A stretch of 64,000 nt of DNA. Origin: the human T2T-CHM13v2.0 reference genome, Homo sapiens. The stretch lies in NCBI RefSeq assembly GCF_009914755.1, contig NC_060930.1. One strand, written 5' to 3'. The notes beneath the pieces were generated by a model. The model saw only the letters and a program-made list of their open reading frames with translations, had not been told where the DNA came from and made no database searches. Below, piece by piece: positions 1 through 13,430 of this stretch; the first letter of the stretch is position 1; every line of letters starts with the position of its first letter. The position numbers and the translations under genes are program-made.

Positions 1-6
1 GTAAGT
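1..6 (+). promoter_or_regulatory. 5' splice donor (GTAAGT); window probably begins at first base of a long intron
   Basis: Perfect GTAAGT at position 1; no coding exon recognisable downstream; most Alus and young L1 3' ends are antisense, as is typical for introns of a + strand gene. Confidence 0.7.
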
Positions 7-540
7 TCAAGTTATTTTTTCAAACTCTGTTTTCAGAGGTTCATGTATATTTTATTCCTACAATATGTTTTTTGAGTGATTCAGGATAGTGCACAAAACA
101 GAAAGCTTGACTGAAAAGATAATGATTTTTTTTTTTATACTGAACTCTTAGTGACATTGTTAAAAAAATTTTTTTAGCTGCAAGGCTGTGTACTGAGACA
201 TTTAGCATTTGCCTTGTAAGAAAAATGTTCTGTAGCAAAACTTGAATAGAGTGGGGGTGTGGTAGATAATTAGGTTTCTTCCATATTTAGATCCTATGAT
301 TTATGTTACCCCCACTCTTACTGGAGCAAGATTTTTATGTGGGAGCAAGAACTAGTCTGGATAGAGAATATATAATTTGGGGAATTGGTATCTTCAGCAA
401 ATTTTCAGATTCTTCTCAGTTCATTTTATGTATAAATCTTTTGTAGAACTAAATCACCAGATTTAAGATCTTTTAGTTTTCCTTTCTTATTTTATAGAGT
501 TTTGGGGAGGATTTGGTAAAAGTCAATAATGATTTAAAGT

Positions 541-624
541 TTATTATTATTATTATTTTTTATTATTATACTTTAAGTTCTAGGGTACATGTGCACAACA
601 TGCAGGTTTGTTAAATATGTATAC
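541..624 (-). mobile_element. L1PA extreme 3' end fragment with (TTA)n-degenerated poly(A)
   Basis: ttattatactttaagttctagggtacatgtgcacaacatgcaggtttgtt is the reverse complement of the L1PA 3' terminus. Confidence 0.9.
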
Positions 625-1489
625 TTAAAAGTCCTATATAATTTAAAATTATATTGTAAATTTCGTCTAAATTAAGATTAAAATGGCTCAAATCATCATA
701 TTTAAAGTAGAGATCTTGATCTAGTTTACAGTTATGTATTGCATGAATTTTAAAAATAATTTTAGAGTTCAATACCTATATGGATATATATATATATATT
801 TATACTATTTTGTAAACAAATTAAAATATTAAAACTCACAGTGTCCTTACTACAGCCAATGGTTGGCAAAGAAAATGCCTAAATTTACTAAAGACTGAGG
901 AGAGATATTCTATCACTTGATGCAAGCAAGCAACAATAGACCACATGGCTGACTTATTTCTATACTGAGAAAAATCCTCTGTTTCCATTTTCACAAACAG
1001 AATGAAAGGCATTAGCAAAAATGTCCTGCTGCATTCCTTCATGAGACCTATTTAGGTAATGGAAATCTTAGCAAATATATTCCTTTTCCCTTTATTGATA
1101 ATGGTCTAGCTACATAATAGAAACATCATGTGGGGAGCATCTAATGTACCTCACAACTGCCAACAACGGTGTGAATTAGGACAAAAAGGATTGGTCTATT
1201 TCCATTTACTTCAAAGATCCTTTTAATATTCTTTGTTGCTGTAGACTAAATATTGTGATTAAAATTTCCTTCTCTATTTCTTCATTATTATGCTTTTAAC
1301 AACTTGTAATTTCACAAGACATTTCTTAGGAATAAGAAAGTGTTGTAAATAAATGTGGATACATTCTTAATACCTTAGGGAGTGGGGGCAATAGTAGCAT
1401 ATTGATTCACTTACAGTACATACAGTATAATACTACTTATTTTCCCAAAGTGACCATCTGTCCAGCTTGCCAGCTTGTCAGCTATCATC

Positions 1490-1600
1490 ATTCCTCTGAG
1501 CTTCAGATCCTCGCCCGTAAAATAGGGAGAGATACAGGGTTATTGTAACAAGTAGAATAAATGACACACAAATCATTCTAATAGAGTGCCTGGTACTTCC
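1490..1600 (+). mobile_element. MIR fragment
   Basis: ctctgagcttcagatcctcgcccgtaaaataggga ... agagtgcctggtac resembles the MIR core. Confidence 0.6.
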
Positions 1601-3149
1601 CTTATATACCCTTCCAAGATCACTCCTCACTCCACCCTTGTTCCCTCGATGATCTTATGCTTTAATTGTGAGAGGCAAAAACAAATACAAAAGGAAATAA
1701 AGGATGAAGCAGTGGGCGGAGAATGTAGACTAGTGGAAATAAACTTGACAGGAAGCCTCCTAAATTCTAGTAGTCCTAGTTTTGCTACCAAACAGCTATG
1801 ATACCTTGCTTGGATCACAAAGTCTTTCTATATCTACATATTGTCCATCAAATGAAGGTTTAATGGGGGTATTTATTAAGTGCCACATTTGTTATATAGA
1901 CATTAAGTCTCATTGTAATTCTAGCATGTTAGTAGTCCTTGTGGGTTAAAGTAAGTGATTAGGGAAGATATGGAAGAAGTGGGACATGAAATGGGCTTTA
2001 GAAGTTCATTAGGATTTGGTTAGCTCAAGGGAAGACATTTATTTGTTGTTGTTTTTTTTGTCTTGATCTTAGCCAACTGAAATGTTTTAATTTTTCATAG
2101 AATGACATAATTGACCAGAATGATACGTTCTGAAGTGACACTGGCCATTAACTTAATTGCTTTAATTCTTTAGATGAATTTTATTTGAGAGATTTATAAT
2201 TCTAAAAGATAATGCCTCCTGTAAATAGCTCCACTATCGTACTTATCAATATGTGTGGAACTCGTAAATGGAATATATATTGGAAACTCTTTCCAATACA
2301 GAGTCCTTTAGAAAGACCAAAATAATGTAGCCACATTGTGAGATTGCCATCAAGAAATGTGCTCAACATCGTTCTGGCACACTCTTTTAATGAGTCCATA
2401 TTTGTGATTAATAAATGCGTGAAATCATTACTTTCCAGTAAATATATATAAGGTAAGATTTCAAAGTGACATGTCAAGTATGATTAGTATTTCTTCGCAT
2501 TAAATTGATAAGGAACAATGTGCTTTAAAATCATAGTCACAGACTGGGGGATTTAAGAGCCATTGCCACACAGATGACAATTGAATTCCTGAGAACAGAT
2601 TAGATTGCCTAGAAAGGACAAATTTGTTATAAGGCAACATGCACTTTTGTAAACTGCATTGATTTTTGTGCTAATAATAACAATGGTTATTGAGGTTGTT
2701 GATAAGTGTATAGAACTAATGAGGTTTGTTATATTTTAGGTCAACTTGGTGTCCGTTACTTTCAGTCCCAATTTTATCTCAGAACTTCTAAACCTGAGAT
2801 GTAAAATAGGCTACATAGATATCTTAAACAATTGCTCAGCTGCTTTCAATGTACAGCTGAAGCTCAGTGACCATCTGTCTGGTGCGCTGAGTATTCTAAA
2901 TCCTAAAAGTGTATCTCATTGGGTCTATATATGTTTATATCATATGGATTATTCTTACTGTTCATTGTTCCATGGGACTGTAGTTTGGGCACTAATCCCT
3001 TACCCAGTTTATTTTGTCCTGGGAAGCAGAGATGGTTTCATTGGATGCCCATGGTTCAAAGTAACAGCTTTATGCATAAAGAGCATCTTGAGGCCTTTAC
3101 CCTCAGAAAGCAGGCATAGTTGCAACAGCCATGTAGTGTGTAATGAAGC

Positions 3150-3350
3150 TTCAAAGTCTTCATTACACAAGTATTATCTCAATTATCTCATCCAATCCTC
3201 ACAACAACCCTATGAGAAAATTATCTATCCCCAGTCTTATCTTTTAGATGAACTACATTTTACAGCTAACTAGGTTACCCAAATTCACAAAATTAGGGAC
3301 TTAAAGCCATGATTTTCTGATTCTAAAGACATGGGACTTTTCCATTATGC
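3150..3350 (-). mobile_element. MIR fragment
   Basis: aatcctcacaacaaccctatgaga ... cttttagatga, antisense MIR core. Confidence 0.65.
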
Positions 3351-4729
3351 AATATTGACTTCAATAAATATCCCTCTCCTTTTCAATTTCCTTAATGAAA
3401 GCCATCATTATACATGTAAATATGTATATTGATAATTACTTCAAAAATGGAAATGCATTGTAGTTGAAATAACAAAAACAAGAAAATATCTATATAAGAT
3501 ATAGGTATTATAAGTAGCTATCTTACCTATGATGTAATTATTTTTAAATGGACTTCTGGTTTAGAATTTTGGGCTATATAGGCATACCTAGTTATCTTGA
3601 ACTTAAATGCAATTTATGAAAAATAAATAATTTTTATCTTTGAGAGAGTCTTGTGAAAAGAAGACTCCTGAAAAGATTCCTGAGAAAATATTCATTTGTT
3701 ATTGTTAGTGAGAATCTGGGTTTAAAAACTGCAACTATGGCAATAATGTTCTCATTGGAAGATGACCACTTCGGTGAGGTTATGACCAAATTGTTATGGA
3801 ATTTTTTAAAAAAGTTAGTAAGTGCCAATGGAAGACATAACACAATTTCCAAGAAATATATGTAAGATCATAATATGCAGTTGTAGAAAAAATGATGGGG
3901 TATCAAAGAAAAATATTTCCCTGGAAAAGTGCTTGAAAAAGAATCTACTAAAACAATAAAACAACAGGAAATAAGGTGAAATTGGACGGAGAAAAAATTC
4001 AACAGAATTAGGTATAAGACACAGCATGGGCCAATCTTATTTGACAAGGTTCAATTGACATTAACAAAAACTGGACAGAAAAAACAGATTTTATGAAGAA
4101 ATGAACAAAGTCATAATTTAGCTCAGTGCATTAAGTTAATCAGTTATTAAGATAATCCTGCTGAGGCACTTGAATCTTTATTTCCTTACCCAATGGTTCA
4201 GAGCCACAAGAACCCTAGTTCAAATGCTTGTGCAGTTGATCTGGTTAATCAACTAATTCTAAGACTGATCAACTTTGAAGGAAAATCATTTGAGGAAGAT
4301 TATTATGCCCAGTTGGAAGTAACTGGACTAAGGAACTGAAAGCTGTACATCTTTCTGTCTGTGTGATAGAACCTGCACCCATGCAGTTGTCCAAAAACTA
4401 TACTTTCTAGTTCTTTTCAGTTAAAAAATAATAATAAAATTGATGAATGGATTCCAACAGAGGGCCCTTCTCTGCCCTAAAACATATTGACACATTTACT
4501 CATATTTCTGTTTGAGGGTTTAAAGCAGCTCAAAGTTTGTAACTTCCTGTGTTTGTCTGCGCCCTTCCTCCTAAATACGCAAGGGCCTTTAGGACCAAAA
4601 ACTCCTCAGCCTCCTTGTCAGATTCTACGAGAAAGAAATGCTTTTTTGTTTTTTTTTTTGTTTTTTGTTTACTGAAGATTACAGAAAGGAGAGTGTTAGA
4701 TGGTCTATCTTCTACCTTGCAGGCCTGAA

Positions 4730-4900
4730 TTTTTTTTTTTTTTTTTTAAGACAGGATCTTATTCTGTCTTGCTGCTCAGGACAGATTGCAGTGTTGCAAT
4801 CATAGCTCACTGCAGCCTTGGTCTTCTGGGCTCAAGTGATCTTCCTGCCTCAAGCTTCCTAGAGCACTGGGATTACAGGCGTGAGCCACTACACCCAGCC
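4730..4900 (-). mobile_element. Alu monomer (FRAM/AluJ right-arm-like) with TSD caggcct
   Basis: Poly(T) tail, then a single Alu arm ending gagccactacacccagcc; caggcct on both sides (4720-4726, 4901-4907). Confidence 0.85.
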
Positions 4901-5385
4901 CAGGCCTTCAGACTTTTGTGTTCTCTTCCAGCTCAGCTCTTTCCAAAAGCCAGTAACCCCATGCAGGTTGGTCCTCGCTGTGAGATTCTTTCTGAGTAGT
5001 CTACTCTCTGTCCCTTGTCATCACAGTATTCTTGCTTTTGAGGGAATAGGCCCTACCAGACCAGTCTGAATCTCCTGAAATGTTGGTGAATAAAATTTTG
5101 TTCTGATACCACAGTGTAAGTAAACAAACAAACAAACAAAAAGCAGTCATCATTTCCAATTTTTCTAGAAGATCTCAAGTTGTTTTTCATGCATATGGTG
5201 AGAGAACAAGTTTTTTGTTTTTCTTTTATCTTAAAACTGTATATGCTTGTGCTACCCAGAACACGGTATTATGCAGTTTAAGAGATTCTTTACATGCTTG
5301 GCGCAGTCAAACATCAATAGTTCTACCTTGATAGACTTTCAAGTCTGGAAAAAGCTTAATGAAGTTAGGAGTCTTTATGGCCTCA

Positions 5386-5622
5386 TTTTTTTCTTTTCAA
5401 CTGTTAGTTTAGGTTCCAGGGGTATGTGTGCAGGGTTTGTTACATGAGTAAACATGTATGGGGTTTGGTGTACAGATAATTTTGTCATCCAGGAATCAGC
5501 ATAACACCCGATAGGTAGTTTTTCAGTTCTCCCCTTCCTTCAAACTTTTACCCTCAAATAGGCCCTAATGTCTGTTGTTCCCTTCTTTGTGTCCATGTGT
5601 GCTCAATGTTTAGCTTCCACTT
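5386..5622 (-). mobile_element. Older L1PA/L1PB 3' UTR fragment
   Basis: ggttccaggggtatgtgtgcagggtttgttacatg ... gtgtccatgtgtgctcaatgtttagcttccactt. Confidence 0.85.
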
Positions 5623-5907
5623 TATTTTATTTTACTTTGCCAAAGCTACAGAACATAAGAAAGTAGTCTGGGAAACTTCTTATAGTGAAAGGATATGTAT
5701 ACTTGTCTTTTGGGAGATACAAAAAAAAAAAAGGGGTGAACAGGGCAGAATTTTTCCAATTCTTGGGAGAGGGAAAACTCCAAGAGATAAGAGTGGGTGG
5801 AGGTAATTTTAAAAAGAGAAGAAACGTTGATTGAGATTTGAAGGTTTGCTGGATGGCAGAAAAGGATAGCATGAAACCCCGGCTTTGGCCACAGATGTGT
5901 CTGAAAA

Positions 5908-6263
5908 TGTTGTAGGACTGTCTCCTTAGTTCAGCCAAAAACCAGGTTCTTGTCACAGGACCAGGAAAAGATTAGGCTCACAGACACTTTGAAGGGTGGG
6001 GAGGATGGAGTTTGTTGGGAGAAAAGGAAAAAGGAAAAATAACACAGCAAAGTGAGATGGGGTCCTGCTAACAGGCTCTTCACCTCACCTGTTGAATCCC
6101 AGGTTACCACCCAGGAACAGGAGAGGCCAGGCTCCTTTCCCCCTGCAAACAGCAGGAACTTCCCAAGGTTTCACCCCATCCTGCCAGTGCGCAGGCTGGT
6201 TGGAGATTCTCTGGGGAGCCCTTTTTTACTTGGCTGTCTCCGAACCTTAATACTTGCCTGACA
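5908..6263 (-). mobile_element. ERV1 solo LTR, MER51/MER4-group-like
   Basis: TG...CA termini; tgttgtaggactgtctccttagttcagcc...aggctcacagacactttgaagggtg resembles MER51-type LTR end; GC-richer than flanks. Confidence 0.7.
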
Positions 6264-6395
6264 TGCTGCCGGATTTCTTGAAAGACACGCTGCAAACTTA
6301 AGTTTTTTATTTGTTGACATAGGGTTTAGAAGGAAGTATAAAACACAAAGAGTGATGGAGGGGACAGAACAATGGAGAACCACTTTGAACCTAGA

Positions 6396-6590
6396 CATGG
6401 AGTTGGCAAACTTTTTCTGTGAAGGACCAGCTAGTAAATATTTACATGATTTCTGTAGCAACTACTCAACCCTACCTTTATAGCATGAAAGTAGCCGTAG
6501 CCAATACATAAATGATTGGTCCCTGCTGGGATTCAATGTAACTATTCACAAAAGTAGGGAGTAGGCAGATTTGTTCTGAGGGTGGCGGTT
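6396..6590. mobile_element. MER58-type hAT-Charlie DNA transposon
   Basis: gagttggcaaactttttctgtgaaggaccagctagtaaatatt ... tctgtagcaactactcaac matches MER58A. Confidence 0.8.
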
Positions 6591-7627
6591 TTTGCTCCGT
6601 CTGGACTGTTTTCCCAGATTTCTTTGCATTAGCGTATTTACTACTTCTCCTGTTAGCAAGTCTTGACTGAATCAGCAAATAAATAACATAAGATTCTTTT
6701 CCAGTTTTACTCTTTCTTTTCCTATAATGTTTACAATAGAATAGTGCATGAATAATTTTGATTCCACCACTACCTCCATTTGCATCACACTATTTCATTT
6801 TTCTTATTATTCTCAGTGTAATAGAATGCATCACAGAATGATCACCTTGAGATTGTCAAGGTGTCACTATTTCTAAAAATTCAAAGTACGAAAGGGGTCT
6901 TTAAGGAAAGGCACCTGGGATAAGAGGCACATAGTTACTTAAGGAACAAGGGGAGCTAATAAACATCCTATGTATAGGTAAATAAAGTGAGTAAAGTACA
7001 ATATTACTTTTACTTTTCAAGAATCAAACAGCTTACTTGAAATAAAATAAAGGGCAAAATGTCTCTAAATGTGGAAAATAAGTATCTCGAAACTAAATAA
7101 TTTAATTCTAATTTACAAAAAGAAATACTGTGATACAGAAAAGCACTAAAAATACCTAGTGATTGATAGAAAAAGCAGAATACATTAAACATCAAAATAA
7201 ATTATGTGGCAGTATTGTGATGATTCATCAGGGCAAACAAGTGGATACAGGTTTCTGAGTTTTAATCAAGGAATTCAATTTTGTTCAACCATATCTTTTG
7301 AGACAACAATAAAGCTAAAGTGGGGCAGGTTCATTTCAGATGAGAAAATATTTAAATGAATCATTTAAGAAATGATTAATATTATTATATATCAGTGAAA
7401 ATTATTTCTGAAACTTTTAGTAGGATACATCTTTTGAATATGTGCATATATTTGGGAGATTCTGAACTGAATCAAGGTAATAGTTTTCCCTTTTCCTTGA
7501 TTACTTACTCTAGAAATAAGAATACTACCGGAAAACATTTGCCCTATATCTAATGTAATTTGCCATACCTCAATTTTAGATTGTATTTATTCTTTTAAAA
7601 TTTTTACTTTATTCTTACTTTAAAATT

Positions 7628-7957
7628 TATTTTATTTTATTTTTTATTTTTTTCAAGATGGGCTCTCACTCTGTCTTCTCGGCTGGAGTGTAATGGCCCA
7701 ATTATGACTCACTGTAGCCTCTACCTCCTGGGCTCAAGGGGTGTTACCATCTCAGCCTCCCAATTGGCTCAGACTACAGGTATGCACTACCGTGCCCAGC
7801 CCAGCTGATTTTCCGGGTTTTTTTGTTTGTTTGTTTGTTTTTGAGACGGGGTCTTGCTCTGTTGCCTAGGTTGGTCTTGAACTCCTGCACTCAACTGATC
7901 CTCCTACCTCAGCCTCCCAAAGTGCTGAGATTACAGGCATGTGCCACCACATCCGAC
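7628..7957 (-). mobile_element. AluJ
   Basis: Two diverged Alu arms with J-type ctcctgggctcaag; (TTTG)n in the linker. Confidence 0.9.
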
Positions 7958-8849
7958 TCATCTTAAATTGTATTTATTCTTAAATTATTTTCTTTTTTTC
8001 TCAAGGTAGAATTTTTCCTATATGCTGAGATAAAGTCTGAGTGGAAGTTGCTCTTGTATTTATTCATATAGCTATTACTTTAATACTTTAAAAATATTTT
8101 AGATTTATATTAAGTAATATATTCAATTTGGTCAACATGTTTTATCTCTAAGCCTTGGCAATGTAGCAATATGTTTTTAAAAATACTATTTGTAAAATGT
8201 ATTAAAGTTTCCAAATTAAGAATGAAAACATGGTTTTATAATAGCCTTTGGTGGCTGTTGGCTTCTAGTTTTCTTTTAAAGGTATAATGATTCAAGTTCA
8301 TAGAATTCCTTCAATTTATATGCAAAGTTCTCCTTAATTGCATTTTCTTATAGGAGTATACTATTTGTTTATTAAGTAAAAATTTTCAATTCAGGAATTG
8401 CAATCCTTTCTTATTGAAAATCTGTACTTTTTCAGATTAAGAAAAAAGACTCACATGGTTGATGGTACTAAATGCTTCTTCATTAACTACTCTCTGTCTG
8501 CTCACTACTCCTTGCCTCATTACTGAATCATGATCATTTCTCCCCCTTAGATAAAAGCTTCTCTGTTTTATCAGCATATCCCTCTGTTTTCTTATCTTTG
8601 CCAGTTCTTTTCTACAGGCCCCTGGGGCCAGTCCACCGCATCTGCTATATATTAATTTCCCCTAATTTGCTGCTGCATGTCTCATTCTATTGGGACCAAT
8701 CTAATCTTAGATTTAATTTTTTTCTCAGACATTTCTTCTTCCTTCTTATATACCCAGTATGTAACAGCATCCTTGGCATTCCTTTCCTGTTCAGGCTGCT
8801 TCTCTATCAATTCCCTGAGAATCTTGGAACTGAGAGGCAGGCTCAGAAT

Positions 8850-9970
8850 ACTCCTTGATCTGCACTATCCTACTCTCCTTTTCCTCAATAACTTAAGGAC
8901 TTGGTTTAGTCTTCCTCAATGGCTTTCTCTTGCCATTGTATTTAGAGACTTAGTACTCATATTGATGACCATTGATGACCCTGCTCTCTCATGGTTTCCA
9001 CCTCCTAAAAGCTGATGGTGGTTGTCTCTATTAAGCTTCAGCCAATCTGAGCTTCCTATCATTGTGATTACACTCTCATTACTTGAACATATTCCATATC
9101 CGAGAACTATAACTCAGCATACTTTCTGTGAACACAACATCTTACTCCAACTTCCATAATGAACTTCTCATTTATCTCCTCCCCCGAGTCCTTCTGTCCT
9201 TCTCATATGCCCTCTTACATCTTATTCATTCTGGTTTGCCTGCTTAAATGTTCAGCTTGTACTCCAGGGACAGCCATTTCAAAAGTACATTTGTAACCAC
9301 TTTAGAATCTATTGTCCCTTTGATCTTCTACCAATTTTCTTTCATCTTTCCATTGCCCTAGTTATTCTCCTGTGTCTTTTGTAATGGGCAAACAAATTCT
9401 GTTAACGTGGGCTATGGACCCAAATGAGTGCTGCCTGACTAACTCTATAGCAAATTCTTGCAGTTTTACAGCACTTGGGATCTAGCCACTTTTCCCATCT
9501 GTAGTTGACTCATTCACTAATGTGGTCCAGGATTTTTCCTTTCATGGCACACATAGAAACTATTTTTATGCGACTTTTTACCTATGAATGAGGCCAAAAT
9601 ACTTGCCTTGTTTACACTAATGGACATTGCAAATACTTAGTGAGATAATGTGTGTTAAAATACAGTTTTACATCTATAAGGCCCTAATATTATAATCATT
9701 CCATAGGCACATCTCATGCTTTACCACCTCTGTGTCTTATTCATTCTGATCTCTGCCTGTGATATCCCTCCTCAACTTTTAAGACTTAGCTTAAATACTA
9801 CTTTCTTCTGTGTTACCTCTATCCACTCAGCACCTGGCCTGTTCCTGTTGGCCTTGGTAACCAGAAATCTTTATTTTTAATAATCCTGACTATATAAGAT
9901 TCTATGATCCTGGTATCCCAGGTAGTACTTAGTCCACTGCTCTGTATCTAGTTAGGCAGAATAAATTTAT
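8850..9970 (+). mobile_element. Degraded L2 fragments
   Basis: Pyrimidine-rich L2-like text, e.g. aagacttagcttaaatactact, ending in an aataaat-type L2 tail. Confidence 0.45.
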
Positions 9971-10660
9971 GAGGCACCAAATTAAATTGAATGATAAATT
10001 TTGCAAATTTAGAAGTATACTCCTGATAGCAAAGGTTTGAGTGAGTTTATGGGTTATTCACAGGACTTTTATGAATTTTTCATCCTTTTTATCTATGCAG
10101 CTCATCAGTTCATTATTACACTTCATTATAAAGAATACACTCCTTATTATGACGATAATAAAATGATTTTTTTTGTTACAATGAATAGATTTAAAGTGTC
10201 ATTGATTCCTCTCCTCTTCAGTGATAGTTTTTTTATACACTAAGTTTTATACACTAAGAACCTTATGGTTTTAGTAGCATAAAATTGTCATCTTGTAAAA
10301 GAGCTTGATTACATCAGATAGTCAAGCTCTTGCTAGTAAGACATGTTTCTGAACAAGCCCTCAGAAAGGAAAATATATTGATAGATCACTTTACCATCAC
10401 CTGTTTGAAAGAATAACTTCAAACTATTCTTGAATATTGAAAAATATATTTTCAATATTGCCTTTAAAAATCCTGTACTTTGAAGGATAACTGGATTAAA
10501 TGCCAAAACAATTTTCAAAACACTCTATACACATGGCTTTGTCGTATTTTTTTTGTGAGAGAATTTATGGAAATACTACCCATGGCTTACTAGAGCCACC
10601 TCAATCACCGTTTCTTTTTGCTTTGACTATGACATATTGAGTGTGGAAAATACTTTGTAC

Positions 10661-10810
10661 GTGTATATATAATATATATTTTATGTGTGTATATATGCTT
10701 ATATATTTATATATTATATGTTTATATATATATGTATACATTTTTACATATTTATATATTATATATATTTTATATGTGTGTATATATTATGTTTGTGTAT
10801 ATATATATTA
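10661..10810. repeat. Degenerate (TA)n/(TATG)n low-complexity tract
   Basis: Directly visible. Confidence 0.9.
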
Positions 10811-12639
10811 CAGTAGCCCTTTACTTTTTTTCTTTTCTCAACACAGCTGAAGGATATAAACATTTACTTTAATAATAATAGCTTTCTAAAGCATTAATAT
10901 CTCATTGCAGTGGGAAAAGGCCAAGAATCTTAGAAGCAGAATCTTAGAGACTTGGAGGGGAATTGTTGGAAAAAGGTACCTAAGGTTTATAAATATGTCC
11001 TCCTAGGAAGTTTTGCCTCTTTCCACAAATTTCCATGGGGAACCTTAAGTTATAAATTTGATTTCTTCTCAGGCATTTGATAGAATCTGACCCAGTAATT
11101 CTAAGTCTACATATTTGCCCTTTGGATAACATCGGTTTCAAAAATAGAGAGCTCTATATTTGCTTTCTTCATATATTTAGAACAACAGTTCTCTCAGGAA
11201 TTTTGATTATAAATAGTATAAATAGATAAATGGGAAGCTGTAATCAGCCAGTTATTGGTTACCTAACATATTAGGATATTTATGACATATGTAGAAATGT
11301 AAGTTTTACTGATTTCTGGAAATATATAGATTTCTATGTATGTCAGGGAACATTAGAAGGAGTGTAGCTCCCATGTAGTTCAGTTCTGACATCTTTACAA
11401 TATCTCTCACAGATTGATTTTTATTTATGACCATCTTGAACTATTGATGAGACATTATGTACTTCAAAGTCCATTATTTTTTGGGGCAATTCATATTGTT
11501 AGAAAATCCTTCCCTAAATCCGTAAATTGACATTTGGCCAAATAGAACTAATGTCAATTTCATGTGAATAGCTGTACTTAAGATTTGTAACTTAAGCCAT
11601 TCTATAGTGTAGTTACCAGACCTTTTGTCATCCCGTCTCCTTCCCTGATTCTCTTGTCATTGTCCCAATTACAAATGTACTTCTTACAAGTGAACTCAAT
11701 CATGTAGCACAGAGTATGAGCATGACCATAATGTGAGCATTACTTTATATGCTATAATTCAGGCTTGAATTAACATGTAGGCAGCCAGATCAAGCATTGG
11801 CTTGTTGAATTTTTGATTAATTAGAGGCATCAATCTTTCATAATATGTACTGTTTTAGAGTTAGTCTACCTAACACAGGATATTTTGTTGTTTTTATGTT
11901 TTACATAGGTTTTCCTCAAATTTCTTAACAAGAGTTTGGACAGTGATATCTTTATTTCCAAAATCCATGTATTATACATATGTTAGGATATTTGTCAAAT
12001 ATACTTTTGATTTCAAACATTAAACTGTCCATATATCTGAGCACCAAAATAAGTTGATAAATATATTTTGCAAGTACATTTAAGTCTGAGATCTGAAACA
12101 AAGTGTAAGAAGTTATTTATGGGGGAAAAATCTAAATATCACACATATTTAGTCAATCAAATTGTGCAAATTATTTTCCCAAATTTGAACTAACCATAAG
12201 TTAGTGGGCAGTAAAGCGATTATAGGGAAATCAGTTCATTTCTCTGGGCCTCAGTTTCTTTATTTATATAATCATATGATTGGACACAAAATTTATATAA
12301 TAATGAAATACTTGCAACATATATTTAGTCATATATATGGAATTCTAACAAAAATGATGTTTCTGGTTGATGAGCCATTTTGAAGCATGAGAATGAAAGG
12401 AAAGAAGTGGGTTTTATAGACAGCAACAAAAAGATTGGCAAGAAGTCACAGATATAGCCTGAGAGAAAGGAACAGACACACTGTGTTTCTTCCAAACACA
12501 GAAACACACATCAATTTAAAATACAAGCATTAGAACTAAAGTCCATAGCTTGGACTTTGGGTAGAAGCATATGGCTAGAAAGTCCTTTATAATCTCAAGG
12601 AGCTCTAAGTTTTAGAAAAACAATTATCATACAAGAAAG

Positions 12640-13060
12640 ATTACATCATCCATTTAGTAATGAAAAGAAGACTAGTTCATTACATTATCGTTCATGGGAT
12701 ATTTGAACACTATTAAAAGATAAAAAGAAAGCAGAGAATATACTGGAAAGAAATACATCCATTACCATTATGTTTAGTTTTCTTATGAGTTTATGAGGAA
12801 AATCTTTAAATATTAGTAAAGAAAATTGACAAAAGACATGAAGAGAAATAATTCACATATCAAGAAATACAAATTCTCTTAAGGAATAAAAATGGTATTG
12901 ATTTACCAAAATTTTAACCTCATTTGTAATCAAATAAATGTCAATAACAAAAGTAAAATATTTAACTGCCAAAATATTAACAAGTATCTCTCTCATTTGT
13001 AAGAATATAAAGTGATTTTTATCTCTTATTTCATATTATTCTGAATTTTTAATTTTTAAA
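12640..13060 (+). mobile_element. Ancient L1M ORF2/3' fragment
   Basis: aaaattgacaaaagacatgaagagaaataattcacatatcaagaaatacaaat resembles the L1 ORF2 'WAKDMNRQF' region. Confidence 0.5.
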
Positions 13061-13149
13061 AACAACTGCATTACTTTATAGCTGAAATCGACACCAAACA
13101 TAATTTAGCTCCAGGCTTCCTGAAAGCCAGGCCAATGTGAAGCACTCAG

Positions 13150-13430
13150 CAGTATGTATAATGTAGGCTGAGGCACCTGTAACAAAAGACAGATTAAGAA
13201 GGGAAAAACATGCTAATTTATTTAATATAAATTTTACACAACAAGGGAGGCTTTGGAAATGAAAACACAAGGAAACAAGTAAACTTGTGTACTTTCATGC
13301 TTAGGTTTGATGAAGAAGTGGATAGTTGTGAATTATGATTGGACAAAGAGAGTATGATCTAATGATAATAAACTGGTGGAATTTAGCAAATTCTGTTTAT
13401 TCAGATTCTCCTTTGTGTCTCTGTGTCTCC
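13150..13430 (-). mobile_element. ERV1 LTR fragment (MER31/MER67-like)
   Basis: acaaaagacagattaagaagggaaaaacatgctaatttatttaat ... tttatgcttaggttt-type motifs of MER4-group LTRs. Confidence 0.6.

Noticed and set aside
517-650. Possible 25-bp TSD around the short L1 fragment (taaaagtc...tttaaa)
   Set aside because: 6 of 25 positions mismatch in AT-rich sequence; too diverged for a young L1 to call
2445-2460. AGGTAAG motifs here and at 29676 and 31251 as recursive splice sites
   Set aside because: No upstream polypyrimidine tract
2746-3273. 175-aa ORF
   Set aside because: TTG start, no recognisable domain, 3' part runs through an antisense MIR; chance ORF
4118-4275. tRNA-like boxes (tagctcagtg, agttcaaat) and short inverted gttgatc/gatcaac
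   Set aside because: No cloverleaf; at most a decayed SINE head that I cannot assign
7985-8012. AG|GT juxtapositions after pyrimidine tracts (8005, 36392, 48433)
   Set aside because: Reconstituted donors (gtagaa, gttctt, gtgtca) are poor
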